Part shown: positions 30,401 through 40,002 of the stretch, piece by piece
Layout of the letters: every line of letters begins with the position of its first letter
Numbering within the stretch: the first letter of the stretch is position 1
Assembly: GCA_040755995.1 (NCBI GenBank)
Contig: JBFMAF010000032.1
Coordinates: 1-64,000, forward strand
Source: Acidobacteriota bacterium
Lineage (GTDB): Bacteria > Acidobacteriota > CAIWXX01
Direction of reading: 5' to 3'
Length of the DNA stretch: 64,000 bases
Translations under genes and position numbers: made by a program
Notes under the pieces: generated by a model
Database searches by the model: none
Told to the model about the DNA's origin: nothing
The model's input: the letters and a program-made list of their open reading frames with translations, nothing else

Positions 30401-30893
30401 TGCACTGAATCCCAACTTCGCCCGTGCGCTCCGCGAGATGGCGGTGCTGGAGATGCTGGAGGCCCAGATGCGCGCCAACGCCGGCCAGGCCGCGGAGCCG
30501 GGATTCCGGCGGGCCGCCGGCGAGCTCGATCGTGCAGCAACGTTGAATCCGAGCGACGCCGAGACGTACGCGAGATCAGCCGAGCTCTGTCGGGTCTGGG
30601 CCGAGTGGCGAGGACGCAGGGGGTTGTCCGTGCGGGAGGAGATACAGCGCGGCCTGGCCGCCGCCGGCAGAGCAGTCTCCATCAACCCGACGCTGGCCGA
30701 CGCCCTCGCCACCGAAGGGGTTCTTCACCTGCTCTCGGCCCGCCTGGAAAGGGACCCGGCACGACGCATGCAGTCGGTGCAGACCGGGCGCGCCGCGGTG
30801 GAGCGCGCCGCCCGCATCGACCCGCTTCTCGGACGCGAGCTCCGAGACGAGCTGGGCGATGCGGCCGAGTCGCTGATCACGGCGGCTCGTTGA
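27462..30893 (+). CDS. Membrane Ser/Thr protein kinase with C-terminal TPR-like repeats
   Basis: GEGGMGRVY, HRDLKPAN, DFG, YMAPE; one TM helix; helical repeats; true start probably downstream of 27462. Confidence 0.9.
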   Translation: MGPRAGSILDRPCRAGYTRASSWLEAEKGFLLSRLLGLLRHRLTGASHSPPSTIHPLSERPTGPDAETRGGEVPDAVGSPAVAPARAPAAPQGVVSEHSGPSAAEAQRTTMFGKYLMGPLIGEGGMGRVYEAFDKTLNRFVALKFLRGDNPSLTVRLVQEARAQAQVDHDSVCKVYEVGEIEGKPFIAVQYIPGRTLDQVSPEMTLEQKVRVMREVAEGVHAAHRIGLIHRDLKPANVMVEKTAEGHWKPYVMDFGLAREVATPGLTVTGVVMGTVGYMAPEQARGRVHELDRRTDVYGLGATFYEILTGRPPVAGSTSIDAILALLETDPEPVRKLNPRVPADIETVVMKCLEKEPQRRYDSARALADDLQRYLDGEPIEARRASYSYRILKKAGRHKAVTAVVAVSFTVVLALAAVAWSAWRTAKVRSRVAQQLGQAIERMDSIMRVAHTIPLHDTRPEQAAVRAQIRDIEGRMKEAGSAADWPGHYAIGRGFMALQETEAAKTHLEAAWNSGYREPQVAYALGLVLGAIYQRELDEADRIPNKPQRDARRKKLDTLYRAPALEMLRNGRGYESGSVEYGEALIAFYEKRYPEALRLADRALLRAPWMYEAIILRGEVYCAEGIDAANRGDYRTAVQSWEEAARVHQDATRIGESDPAAYEAICDVWTRLMYFEIYQHGGSARPYFDWAVAAAESALRAEPDRATTCTKLSYVYYLWSEYQIRHGQDPSASYDRAAEAAQTAVRRRPDDSTGWLHLGNIQRARAVYLMRLGQDPAEALGVAVHNLTEATRRPPPSAFAHHYLGWAHTILGTGDMAQGRDPTPEYQEAIREYRDAIRIDQVFAVTNSGNNIGETLNYLSQYRMAHGIDPTASLDEAQRMLEGILSANPDHLYARLNLIDTLRLRAEYLWRTGGDPTRALDQADAHSETVLKVNASDPDVRLIVAQPATLRGRVLLAGKAGSQALAQVLATARAHLDQALALNPNFARALREMAVLEMLEAQMRANAGQAAEPGFRRAAGELDRAATLNPSDAETYARSAELCRVWAEWRGRRGLSVREEIQRGLAAAGRAVSINPTLADALATEGVLHLLSARLERDPARRMQSVQTGRAAVERAARIDPLLGRELRDELGDAAESLITAAR

Positions 30894-30895
30894 TT

Positions 30896-30956
30896 TACAG
30901 CGCGTCATAAGTCCACGACAGATTCGACGAGTAGAGGCAGTGGATGACGCGCTGTA
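30896..30956. mobile_element. 61-bp palindromic MITE/REP-like element, copy 1
   Basis: 13-bp terminal inverted repeats TACAGCGCGTCAT/ATGACGCGCTGTA; 52/61 identical to 58645-58705. Confidence 0.7.
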
Positions 30957-30972
30957 TTCGCGCCGGCCGGTG

Positions 30973-31956
30973 CTATTGCGTACCCTTCGGGAAGGTGCTC
31001 TCGTAGGCTCTGCTGACGGTCGAGTCCCCGCGCCCGGCGACCGCATCATGGATTCTCTGATGCAGTGCGTCATCTGCCGCGTATATCTTCAGCGCTCGCA
31101 CGGCCGCCGCGGCGGACTCCGAGTGGTCCTGAGCGACGACCTTCAGGAGGTAGTCGAACGACACGTCACTGCGCGAGAGCGCGATCGGAAGCAGCAGCAT
31201 CGTTCTGGTCTCGCGATCGGCGGCGGCTTCGCGGTGCTTCAGCAAGGCATCGAGCGCCGCGGGGCTCCGCGACTCCCCCAGCGCGAGTGCGGCTCCTTCG
31301 GCAATCAGGATGTCCTGCGAATCGAGAAACGACGCCACCAGTGGCAGGGACCGGCCGGCACTTATGCTCATGAGCCCGGCGAAGCACTCGCTCAGGACTG
31401 CGGGTTCCCGATCTCGCACAAGCACCTTCAAGCGCAGCAGCAGTTCGGCTCTCTCTTCATTCATGTACGTCAGCGCCCTGACGGCGCCGGCGCGGGCTTG
31501 TGGCTCCGGGTCCGCCAGCAATGCCACGAGCTCGAAGAAGACATCAGGGACTTCCTGCCGGGCCAGGGCCATTGCGCAGATTGCTCGAAGAGGAGCTGCC
31601 GTGTCGTGATAGCCGCCGAACACAGGCTCTCGCTGCACATGTCGAACCCCGCGCCTGAACACGTCGATCGCGTCCGCCTCCAGCTTCACCAAGGTTTCAA
31701 GTATCGCCAACTTGGCGTAGCACCCTTTGTCAGTGTCAGCGGGGTCCTCCATGAATCGTGCGAACGCCCGGGTGAGCTCAGGCGCGAACTCGCGCAGATG
31801 TTTCTCCGCGACAACCTTTGCGGCTTTCCCAACGATCAGGCGGTTTGGATTCGCAATAGAGGCTCGAATGTACTCGATGTCCTCCTCAGTGAGCGTCCGT
31901 TTACCCAGTTCGCCGAGTTGTGCCACGGCTTCTTCCGTTCGACTCTTCTTGGCCAT
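30973..31956 (-). CDS. HEAT-repeat protein
   Basis: Repeated LADPEPQARAGAVRAL and AALALGESR helical units. Confidence 0.75.
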   Translation of the reverse strand: MAKKSRTEEAVAQLGELGKRTLTEEDIEYIRASIANPNRLIVGKAAKVVAEKHLREFAPELTRAFARFMEDPADTDKGCYAKLAILETLVKLEADAIDVFRRGVRHVQREPVFGGYHDTAAPLRAICAMALARQEVPDVFFELVALLADPEPQARAGAVRALTYMNEERAELLLRLKVLVRDREPAVLSECFAGLMSISAGRSLPLVASFLDSQDILIAEGAALALGESRSPAALDALLKHREAAADRETRTMLLLPIALSRSDVSFDYLLKVVAQDHSESAAAAVRALKIYAADDALHQRIHDAVAGRGDSTVSRAYESTFPKGTQ

Positions 31957-32084
31957 GTGGCTCAATCTATCTCAAAGGGCGGCCTGCCGGCGAGTCGGCG
32001 CCTCCGGCAGCCCGGCTCTCTGCGATACTCCTCAGGTACGATATCGAGCGCCCTAGCCTCCCCCTGGAGGCGGATGGCCCGCGA

Positions 32085-33539
32085 CTACTCCTGCACGCGG
32101 TCCAGCCAGCGCCGGATGCGACGGCGCACGTCCTCGGCGGTGGGTGGATCGTAGTTTGACATGACGACGATCGTGTAGCCGCTTCGCGGGTCCCACTCGA
32201 GCACGGAGTTGATTCCCGGCGCACCGCCGGCGATGAGGAAGCCGGTGAGGGCGCGGTCGAAGCTCGTCCCGCCTTCGGCCGGCTGCCTGCCCGTGGACAG
32301 ATATTCGGTGTACGCAGGGCTAAGCAGTTTGCATTCGACAAAGGCAGTCGTGAACTTCTGCAGGTCCTCTGCCGTCGAGTAGCCTCCACCCGCCGAGCTG
32401 CCTTTCGCGGGGCGCGTGTAGATGTTGTTCCGGCGCGGCTCTGACGGGTGCTCTTCGCCGTCCCAGCCGCGTGTGTACCCGGAAGCCACGTTGGGTGTGG
32501 GCACATCGGCGTCGAAGGAATCGCTGCTCTCCATGCCGGCGGGCTTGAAGATGTGCTCGCGCACGTAATCGTAGTAGCTCTTTCGGCTCACCTTCTCCAC
32601 GATCGCTCCCAGCACGACATAGCCGCCGTTCGAGTACCGGTTCTGGCTGCCGGGCTCGAATTGAAGCGGATTGGAAGCGAATAGCGGGAGATAGTCGGCG
32701 ATTGCACGCAGTCTGTTCTTCGGTGTCTCGGCGTACTTCGGCCCGAAGAAATCGCCGATACCCGAGGTCATGTCCACGAGATGGCGGATGGTGACCTTCT
32801 GTGCGGCCTCTTTGTTCGGGTATTCCGGGAGGAACTTGCCGATCGGGTCGTCGAGCGATAGAGCGCCCTTCTCGAGCAGTTGCCAGATGGCGATCTTTGT
32901 GAAGCGCTTGTTGATCGACCCCAGGTTGAAGCGGGTGTCGAGACGATTAGGCACTCCGTATTCCTTGCTCGCGAGGCCGTAGGCTTCCGCGAACAACGGC
33001 TTCCCCTCCTTGGCGATGAGGACGGTGCCGGAGAAGGCGTCCGCCTTGGTCGCATCGTCGAAATAGCGTCGCAGCATCTCCAGCATTTCCGCCTGCGTGA
33101 TCGGCGTCTGAGGCTCATTCGCCACGGACTCGTCGGAATCCTGCGCCCGTATGCTGCGAAGTTTGTGAGGCGGTGCTGGATCCAGATCGAAGCTGTACTC
33201 CAGCCACTCTCCCTTTGCCGTCTTGACCAGCACGAGCAGAATCGGTTCCGGCGACCGGAGGACTTTGACCGGCGTCAGCGCTCCAGCCTCACCCCGGAGC
33301 TCCGCATAGGTCTTCAGCCGCAGATCGATCGGACGAGCACGCAGCGCATCATCTGCGATGTTCTCGGTGAGAAACGCGCGCATCGCCTCTTCGTCTCCGG
33401 AGTTGAACGCGGCGAAGTATGCGGCGGCGCGCCGTCCCGCCACAGTGTCGGGCATCGTCGTCTGCCCAGCCTCCTCCGCTGCCGAGGCCGGCAAGACGAA
33501 CCACATCATCATTACGGCCCATGCACATCCCGATTTCAT
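32085..33539 (-). CDS. Secreted serine hydrolase (beta-lactamase/AmpC-like family)
   Basis: Signal peptide; SxxK (GSINK), YSN, FEPG; GGGAGG RBS before ATG 33539. Confidence 0.88.
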   Translation of the reverse strand: MKSGCAWAVMMMWFVLPASAAEEAGQTTMPDTVAGRRAAAYFAAFNSGDEEAMRAFLTENIADDALRARPIDLRLKTYAELRGEAGALTPVKVLRSPEPILLVLVKTAKGEWLEYSFDLDPAPPHKLRSIRAQDSDESVANEPQTPITQAEMLEMLRRYFDDATKADAFSGTVLIAKEGKPLFAEAYGLASKEYGVPNRLDTRFNLGSINKRFTKIAIWQLLEKGALSLDDPIGKFLPEYPNKEAAQKVTIRHLVDMTSGIGDFFGPKYAETPKNRLRAIADYLPLFASNPLQFEPGSQNRYSNGGYVVLGAIVEKVSRKSYYDYVREHIFKPAGMESSDSFDADVPTPNVASGYTRGWDGEEHPSEPRRNNIYTRPAKGSSAGGGYSTAEDLQKFTTAFVECKLLSPAYTEYLSTGRQPAEGGTSFDRALTGFLIAGGAPGINSVLEWDPRSGYTIVVMSNYDPPTAEDVRRRIRRWLDRVQE

Positions 33540-33702
33540 TGGCCTCCCCTTTGGATGATCTGCGACTTCCCTACACTCAGGGCCGGTTGAGCCCTCGGGT
33601 TCGTCCGGAACGCGTTTGGCTATGCGCCTGACCCACACATGATAACTACGCACGGGATGCACACCGGTTCTATTATTGTTGCGATCCTCTCGGTGTGATT
33701 CC

Positions 33703-33757
33703 TTCACGATTTCTTAACACCTGATTCATCGTGCATTAACCGGGTGCCCGGTATACT
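33703..33757 (+). promoter_or_regulatory. Pho-box-like promoter (four direct repeats at 11-bp period plus -10)
   Basis: TTCAC 33703, TTAAC 33714, TTCAT 33725, TTAAC 33736; TATACT at 33752-33757; upstream of porin-pstS. Confidence 0.75.
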
Positions 33758-33787
33758 CTCGCTTCGATCTTATAAGGAGGAGACTGA

Positions 33788-35119
33788 ATGAAGGTCACAC
33801 AAGGGTTTGTCAGATCGGCGACGGCAGTGGTCGTGGCCGTACTGATGGCGGCTGCGGCAGCGGCACCACTGCATGCGGCCGGGCCGGTCCTCTTCTACGA
33901 GGAAGTGGAGAAGGACGGCCGGATCTACGTATTCAACACGCCGGAGCGCCTCCAGATCTGGAAGGAGTCCGGGGAGATGGGCGCCGCGGTCACGCTGGTT
34001 GGCCGGGGGGCGAACGGCGAAACGATCGTGGCCGAGAACGAGGTGGCGATCGACATGTATCTGTTCAAGCACAACCTGCCGGGATACGACAGGCCGACGG
34101 CACCTCCCCCGCCGCCTCCGCCCACCTATCCGCAGGTGAAGGTAGGCGGGTTGGCATATCTCTCCTATCAGAACGGCACCACCAAGGGTGTTGACTACAG
34201 CAAGGTGACGATCAAGCGCGGGTACATACTTGTGAATGCGACGATAAACAGCTTCTTCGGCGCGCGGCTCACACCGGACGTCACCCAGGACGACACCGGC
34301 GACATCAAGCTCCGCATCAAGTACGCATACGGACAGTTCAAGTGGGCGAAATCCGGGTTCCTGACGAAGCCCAACGTCGAATTCGGCGTGGCTCACATGC
34401 CCTGGCTGGACTTCGAAGAGCACGTGAACATGTTCCGAATGCAGGACACGATGTTCATGGAACGAAACGGCCTGTTCAACAGCGCAGACGTCGGTGTGAC
34501 GTTTGCCGCGCTCCTCGGGCCCGAGCTGGATGACACTTACAAGAAGGCCGTGAGCAGCTACTACCCCGGCAAGTACGGATCGTTCTCGTTCGGCGTTTAC
34601 AACGGCAGCGGCTATCACGCGAAGGAGAAAAACGAGAACAAGGTTGTGGAGGGTCGCGTGACGGTCCGTCCGATCCCGAACCAGCTCCCCGGTCTACAGG
34701 TCTCCTACTTCGGCATAGCCGGGAAGGGCAACACCGAGAAGGAACCGGACTGGCTCGTCAACACGCTGATGGGGAGCTACCAGCACAAGTACCTCGTGCT
34801 GACGGGCACCTGGTACGACGGCAAGGGCAACCAGAGCGGCAGCGCTGTCGACGCCGATGGCAAGGCGCTCGAACGCGACGGATGGTCGTTCTTCACGCAG
34901 CTGAGGCCCACCCCGGACTGGAGTGTCATAGTCCGCTACGACTTCTTCGATCCCAACAAGGATGTCGAGGATGATGGGAACAAGCGAACCATCGTCGGCG
35001 TCGCCTACGAGTTCGCCCACCACAACTACCTCCTGTTCGACTACGACCGAGTAGACTACGAGAAGTCAGGGGTGGACGCTGACGACAGGCTGCAGCTCAC
35101 ACTACAGGTCAGTTTCTAG
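33788..35119 (+). CDS. Outer-membrane porin, probably phosphate-uptake associated, with an extra N-terminal domain
   Basis: Signal peptide, small domain, poly-Pro linker, amphipathic beta strands, terminal LQVSF; adjacent to pstS. Confidence 0.7.
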   Translation: MKVTQGFVRSATAVVVAVLMAAAAAAPLHAAGPVLFYEEVEKDGRIYVFNTPERLQIWKESGEMGAAVTLVGRGANGETIVAENEVAIDMYLFKHNLPGYDRPTAPPPPPPPTYPQVKVGGLAYLSYQNGTTKGVDYSKVTIKRGYILVNATINSFFGARLTPDVTQDDTGDIKLRIKYAYGQFKWAKSGFLTKPNVEFGVAHMPWLDFEEHVNMFRMQDTMFMERNGLFNSADVGVTFAALLGPELDDTYKKAVSSYYPGKYGSFSFGVYNGSGYHAKEKNENKVVEGRVTVRPIPNQLPGLQVSYFGIAGKGNTEKEPDWLVNTLMGSYQHKYLVLTGTWYDGKGNQSGSAVDADGKALERDGWSFFTQLRPTPDWSVIVRYDFFDPNKDVEDDGNKRTIVGVAYEFAHHNYLLFDYDRVDYEKSGVDADDRLQLTLQVSF

Positions 35120-35140
35120 GTAAACGAGGTGATACAAGAA

Positions 35141-36115
35141 ATGAACGGAAAGACAATACTCAGCGCCATCGCGATGATGGCTCTCGCCGCGGGGATCGCC
35201 TTCACGCAGGCAGTCAAGGTGGATCCCGGGATTCCCGAGTACAAGCAGACGCAGGGCATCTCCGGCAGCATCAAGAGCGTCGGCTCCGATACCATGAACA
35301 ACGAGATGACGCTCTGGGCCGAGGGATTCCGCAGGCTCTATCCGAGCGTGAAGGTCGAGATCGAAGGCAAGGGCTCATCGACTGCGCCGCCGGCTCTCAC
35401 GGCGGGCACCTCACAGTTCGGGCCTATGTCCCGGGCCATGAAGGACGAGGAAGTCGACAAGTTCGAGAAGAAGTATGGGTACAAGCCGACGGCGATCCGC
35501 ACATCGATCGACATGTTGGCCGTGTACGTGAACAAGGACAACCCGATCGCATGTCTTTCGATGCAGCAGCTTGACGCCATCTTCTCGAAAACGCGCCGCA
35601 GCGGAGCACCGAAGGACATCCGCACCTGGGGTGACCTGGGACTGACAGGCGAGTGGGCAAGCCAGCCGATCAGCCTTTACGGCCGCAACAGCGCGTCGGG
35701 TACGTACGGGTACTTCAAGGAGCACGCGCTGGCCAGGGGTGACTACAAGGACACTGTGAAAGAACAGCCGGGCACCTCATCCGTGGTGCAGGCCGTCGCC
35801 ACCGACAAGTTCGGCGTCGGGTACGGCGGCATCGGATACAGGACAGCCGACGTGCGAGCCGTGCCGATTTCGCTGAAGAGCGGCGGGACTTGTGTCGACA
35901 CCACGCCGGAGAACGGCTACAGCGGAGCGTACCCGCTTGCCAGGTTCCTTTACATTTACGTGAACAAGGCGCCCACGGGCTCGCTCGACCCGCTTCGCGC
36001 CGAGTACATCAGATACATCCTCAGCCGGGCAGGCCAGGAGGCCGTCGTGAAAGACGGCTACCTGCCTCTCACGGCAAAGCTGGTTCAGGAGGAGAGATCA
36101 AGGCTGGGGCTGTAG
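35141..36115 (+). CDS. pstS: Phosphate ABC transporter substrate-binding protein
   Basis: SVGSDT, EGKGSSTAPPAL, GPMSR, GRNSASGTYGYF, YPLARFL. Confidence 0.93.
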   Translation: MNGKTILSAIAMMALAAGIAFTQAVKVDPGIPEYKQTQGISGSIKSVGSDTMNNEMTLWAEGFRRLYPSVKVEIEGKGSSTAPPALTAGTSQFGPMSRAMKDEEVDKFEKKYGYKPTAIRTSIDMLAVYVNKDNPIACLSMQQLDAIFSKTRRSGAPKDIRTWGDLGLTGEWASQPISLYGRNSASGTYGYFKEHALARGDYKDTVKEQPGTSSVVQAVATDKFGVGYGGIGYRTADVRAVPISLKSGGTCVDTTPENGYSGAYPLARFLYIYVNKAPTGSLDPLRAEYIRYILSRAGQEAVVKDGYLPLTAKLVQEERSRLGL

Positions 36116-36244
36116 TGCTCAGGCCGGGGGGTAGGTTGATGCGGCGGGAGGCGTCGAGAGCGCGACGCGTCCTCGATGCCTCTTCGTCTCTTTCCCGCCA
36201 CCGTTGACGGCTGACTGATCCCCCTGGCAGAAGTGGCCGACGGA

Positions 36245-37744
36245 ATGAACATCAGTGCAATCGATGTAGGGAGCAACGCGATTCGGATGCTGATCGCATC
36301 CACCTCGCAGCCTGGCTTCACTCCCCTGGGAAACTACCGGGAACCCGTTCGCCTCGGGCACGACGTCTTCCGGCGTGGCCGGGTCAGCGAAGAGACCGCC
36401 ATCCGTGTCGTTGCGGCGTTCTCCCGCTTCGCCGATATCCAAAGACAGTGGCACGTCGAGCGGTCCAGGGCGGTGGCCACAAGCGCTATGCGCGAAGCCG
36501 CGAATGGAGACGCGCTTGTCGACCGGATTCGCAGGGAGACCGGAATCGATCTCGACGTCATCTCGGGCGTCGAAGAAGGGCGACTGATCTTCCAGGCTGT
36601 GCGCAGTCGCGTGGACCTGGGAAGCTCCAACGCCCTCATCGTCGAGCTCGGCGGGGGCTCCATGGAGCTCATCGCGGTCCGCGAGGGCAGGCTGGCCGGG
36701 ATAGAGACCTTCAAGGTCGGCGCGGTGAGACTCCTGGAGATGCTCGTCGGCGATCAACCCGAGACCGCACACTCCACTCGCCTGGTGCAGGACTATGTCT
36801 CCGGACTGCGCGGGCACCTCGAACGCGCCACGCAGGGATTCCGCCCCGATCATTTCATCGTCACCGGCGGCAACGCCGAGCGGATCGCCACACTCGCGGC
36901 ACCGCGTGGCGACAACGGGCGGCCGCCGGTCGTGCCCAGGGAGAACCTGCACGATCTGATCATGAGGCTGTCGAGCCTGAGCTTCCGCGAACGTATCGAG
37001 CAGCTGGGGCTCGACTCTGACCGCGCGGACGTCATCTTGCCCGCGTCCATCGTCGTGTACGGCGTGATGGAGGCCACCGGGATGAAAGACTTTATGGCTC
37101 CGATGGTGGGACTGAAGGATGGCGTCGCCCTGGATCTCGCGGCAGGCGTGGAATCAGAGCCCCTGAAGCGCCAGATTGTCGATGCGGCGATATTCATGGG
37201 ACGAAGGTACATGTTCGACGAAGGTCACGCACGGCGCGTGGCGCGCAATGCCCTGTTCCTGCTCGATCGACTCGCCCCTCAGCTTCACCTGGATCGCAAG
37301 CCGGCGCCGCTGCTGGAAACGGCATCCATCCTTCACGATGTCGGTTTCCACGTCAACGGCCGCCAGCACCACAAGCACAGCTACTATCTGATCAAGCACT
37401 CCAACCTCCCAGGCCTTTCGACAAGCGAGCGGCTCATCGTCGCCAACATCGCCCGCTACCACCGCAAGGCCGCTCCAAACGCCTCTCACGGCAACTTGCG
37501 CGGACTGCGACGCCAGGACCGCGATACGATCCGCAAGCTGTCGGCGATCATTCGGATCGCCGACGCGCTCGACCGCGACCATGCGGGCACTGTGACGCCT
37601 GCAGCCGTGAGCATCGAGGACGGCACGATCGTGATTCGTGTGAAGGCCCGCGGCGAGATCTCGCTGGAGCAGTGGGCGATCCGCCGCAAGCAGGACCTCT
37701 TCGAGGAGGCCTTCGGCTACAGGGTTTCGCTGGTGGAAGCCTGA
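36245..37744 (+). CDS. ppx: Exopolyphosphatase / pppGpp phosphohydrolase (Ppx/GppA)
   Basis: IDVGSNAIR, ATSAMREA, ELGGGS; C-terminal HD domain LHDVG...HHKHS. Confidence 0.92.
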   Translation: MNISAIDVGSNAIRMLIASTSQPGFTPLGNYREPVRLGHDVFRRGRVSEETAIRVVAAFSRFADIQRQWHVERSRAVATSAMREAANGDALVDRIRRETGIDLDVISGVEEGRLIFQAVRSRVDLGSSNALIVELGGGSMELIAVREGRLAGIETFKVGAVRLLEMLVGDQPETAHSTRLVQDYVSGLRGHLERATQGFRPDHFIVTGGNAERIATLAAPRGDNGRPPVVPRENLHDLIMRLSSLSFRERIEQLGLDSDRADVILPASIVVYGVMEATGMKDFMAPMVGLKDGVALDLAAGVESEPLKRQIVDAAIFMGRRYMFDEGHARRVARNALFLLDRLAPQLHLDRKPAPLLETASILHDVGFHVNGRQHHKHSYYLIKHSNLPGLSTSERLIVANIARYHRKAAPNASHGNLRGLRRQDRDTIRKLSAIIRIADALDRDHAGTVTPAAVSIEDGTIVIRVKARGEISLEQWAIRRKQDLFEEAFGYRVSLVEA

Positions 37745-37848
37745 CCGCGACCCACTCCAGGTATCGCGGCGCCGCCGGCGCTGGTAGAGGGGGCTTTGCG
37801 GCCGGCACCTTCCCGGGCTATATTCGATGCCGAGATGAGGGAGGGAAC

Positions 37849-38841
37849 ATGAAGCTTTCCGAGATCGGCGAGCTCGGGCTCATCCGGCGGATCGCCTCCG
37901 GTTGCATCGTGCAGCCCTCTCGTGTGGTGCGCGGAATCGGAGACGACTGCTCGGTCACACCCGGCTCCGCCGGCATGCTCCGGCTGGTCACCACCGACCT
38001 GCTCATAGAACGGGTTCACTTTCTGCGAGGCGCCATCGCCCCCAGGCAACTCGGCTGGAAGGCCCTCGCCGCGAGCATATCAGACATTGCAGCGATGGCG
38101 GGCCGCCCTCTCGATGCATATGTCTCCGCCGCCATTCCTGCGGATGTGAGCGTTGAGTTCTTCGACGAGCTCTACGACGGCCTGAAGACCGTTGCAAGAC
38201 GGTTTGACGTCAACCTGCTCGGCGGCGACACCACCGGTTCCAAGCAAGATCTGATGATCAACGTCGCGCTCATCGGCGAGGTCGAAGAGGATCGTGTGCT
38301 GTACCGACGCGGTGCCGGAGCCGGGGATCGCGTGTTCGTGTCGGGCGGCCTGGGAGATTCGCGCGCAGGGCTCGACGCGATTCTCAACGCGCGTACCACG
38401 GAGAGTATCGACGCGGAGACGCTGGTGCGCTGCCATCAGGAGCCGGAGCCCCACGTGCGGCAAGGGAGAATCATCGGTGAGACACGGCTGGCGCACGCGA
38501 TGATCGACGTGAGCGACGGGCTGGCCGTGGACATCGGACACATATGCGAAGAGAGCGGAGTGGGGTGCGTCGTGGAGGCCGAGCGAGTTCCGATGTCGGT
38601 GGAGTTGCGCCGCTATTGCGAGCGGCATGGGCTGAGCCCGCTGGAACTGGCGTTGGCCGGCGGTGAAGACTACGTGCTCCTGTCCACCGGCGATCCCGAG
38701 CTCGGACCGGCCTGCGGCGCCGCCGGCGTGGAGCTGTTCGAGATCGGAAGCATTGTAGAGGGCGCCGATCGGATGCTGCGGCATCCCGGCGGCAGGATCG
38801 AGCCTCTGGGATCGGCCGGGTGGGATCACTTCCCCGCCTGA
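37849..38841 (+). CDS. thiL: Thiamine-monophosphate kinase
   Basis: GELGLI, GIGDD, SDIAAM, GGDTT, MIDVSDGL, GGEDY; GGAGGG RBS. Confidence 0.93.
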   Translation: MKLSEIGELGLIRRIASGCIVQPSRVVRGIGDDCSVTPGSAGMLRLVTTDLLIERVHFLRGAIAPRQLGWKALAASISDIAAMAGRPLDAYVSAAIPADVSVEFFDELYDGLKTVARRFDVNLLGGDTTGSKQDLMINVALIGEVEEDRVLYRRGAGAGDRVFVSGGLGDSRAGLDAILNARTTESIDAETLVRCHQEPEPHVRQGRIIGETRLAHAMIDVSDGLAVDIGHICEESGVGCVVEAERVPMSVELRRYCERHGLSPLELALAGGEDYVLLSTGDPELGPACGAAGVELFEIGSIVEGADRMLRHPGGRIEPLGSAGWDHFPA

Positions 38842-39135
38842 TGCCGAGCAGATGCCGGTTTCCGAGCGTCCGTCGAGGCCCGGCGTTTGAGATTGACTCG
38901 CAGTCGATTATCGCCGTACGGGAGCTGTCCAGATCCTGCGCGACACGCGGCTAGAACGAAGAGCCTCCGACGTAGATCCGGTGAACACACGAGCGGGGCG
39001 CGCCCGCACTCACGGGCGCCGCTCCTCTCGTCGACTTCTCGGGTCATGGCGTCATGAAAATCCCGCCGCATTCGGTCCACCGCGAGGGAGCCGGTGGCCG
39101 GAAGGAAATGGTTCCGGGGTCGGGTTCGGAGTCTG

Positions 39136-39984
39136 TCAGCCGTAGACGCTGCCGAGGGGGCCCAGGCTGGCGACCACGTCCCGGACGACGTCCTCACGGA
39201 TCTCGAAGAGCCGGATTATGACCTCGACCAGTTCCTCTCGGCTGCCCAGCCGGTCGATGGTGTAGGAGCCGGCGGTGGCGCGGATCAGCGAGAGGTTGTA
39301 GATGACGATTGAGCTCGACTCGCCGAACCGCACCAGCATCAGGGCGTTCATGAAAGCCGCCTGGTCGCCGTAGGAATTGCGCACTGCGTCATCGAAGTGC
39401 TCGGGGCCGCGAGGTGTCGGCTTGAGCAGATACCCGTGGACCAGCTCGCCCTCGCGGTAGAGATCGAGCCTGGAGCGGGCCTGTTCATCACGAGGTCTCA
39501 GGGCGTAGCAGTCGCGGCCGAAGCGAATGAGCAGGTCCTGATCGAGATCGCGGGGCAAAGGCTCGTAGAAGGGTGCGGCGTACCCCACGTCGACGATATA
39601 CTCGCGTCCGTCGATGGTGACGATGATCGCGCAATGGACGTCCGGACCGGAAGGCATGTCGGCTCCACAAAGGCTGGCATCGTATCCAAGCGCGACCAGC
39701 AGCCCGTGGAAGTACATGTTGTTGGGATAGCAGGTACCGCCGAAGTGGTCGTGCCGGATGCCGTCGAGGTACAGCTCGATGCCCGGAAGTGAACGAAGCC
39801 CCCTGTGCTTGCGGTAGAACAGCTTCGATACGTTCTCGAATGGAACGCGCGTGAGCTGCGCGCGTATGAGATCGCGCAGGCTGTCAAAGCTTGGTGGCGC
39901 TCTCCGGACGCCGATCACGTCCAGGTAGGCGTGGACCTGGGCTTCGGTAAGCTGGACCCCCAGCAGTGGACCCGTCCCGTTCAC
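39136..39984 (-). CDS. Arylamine N-acetyltransferase family protein
   Basis: VPFEN, GGTCY (catalytic Cys), DVHC, VDVG (Cys-His-Asp triad). Confidence 0.88.
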   Translation of the reverse strand: MNGTGPLLGVQLTEAQVHAYLDVIGVRRAPPSFDSLRDLIRAQLTRVPFENVSKLFYRKHRGLRSLPGIELYLDGIRHDHFGGTCYPNNMYFHGLLVALGYDASLCGADMPSGPDVHCAIIVTIDGREYIVDVGYAAPFYEPLPRDLDQDLLIRFGRDCYALRPRDEQARSRLDLYREGELVHGYLLKPTPRGPEHFDDAVRNSYGDQAAFMNALMLVRFGESSSIVIYNLSLIRATAGSYTIDRLGSREELVEVIIRLFEIREDVVRDVVASLGPLGSVYG

Positions 39985-40002
39985 CGACCCAAGCCTCGGC
40001 CT

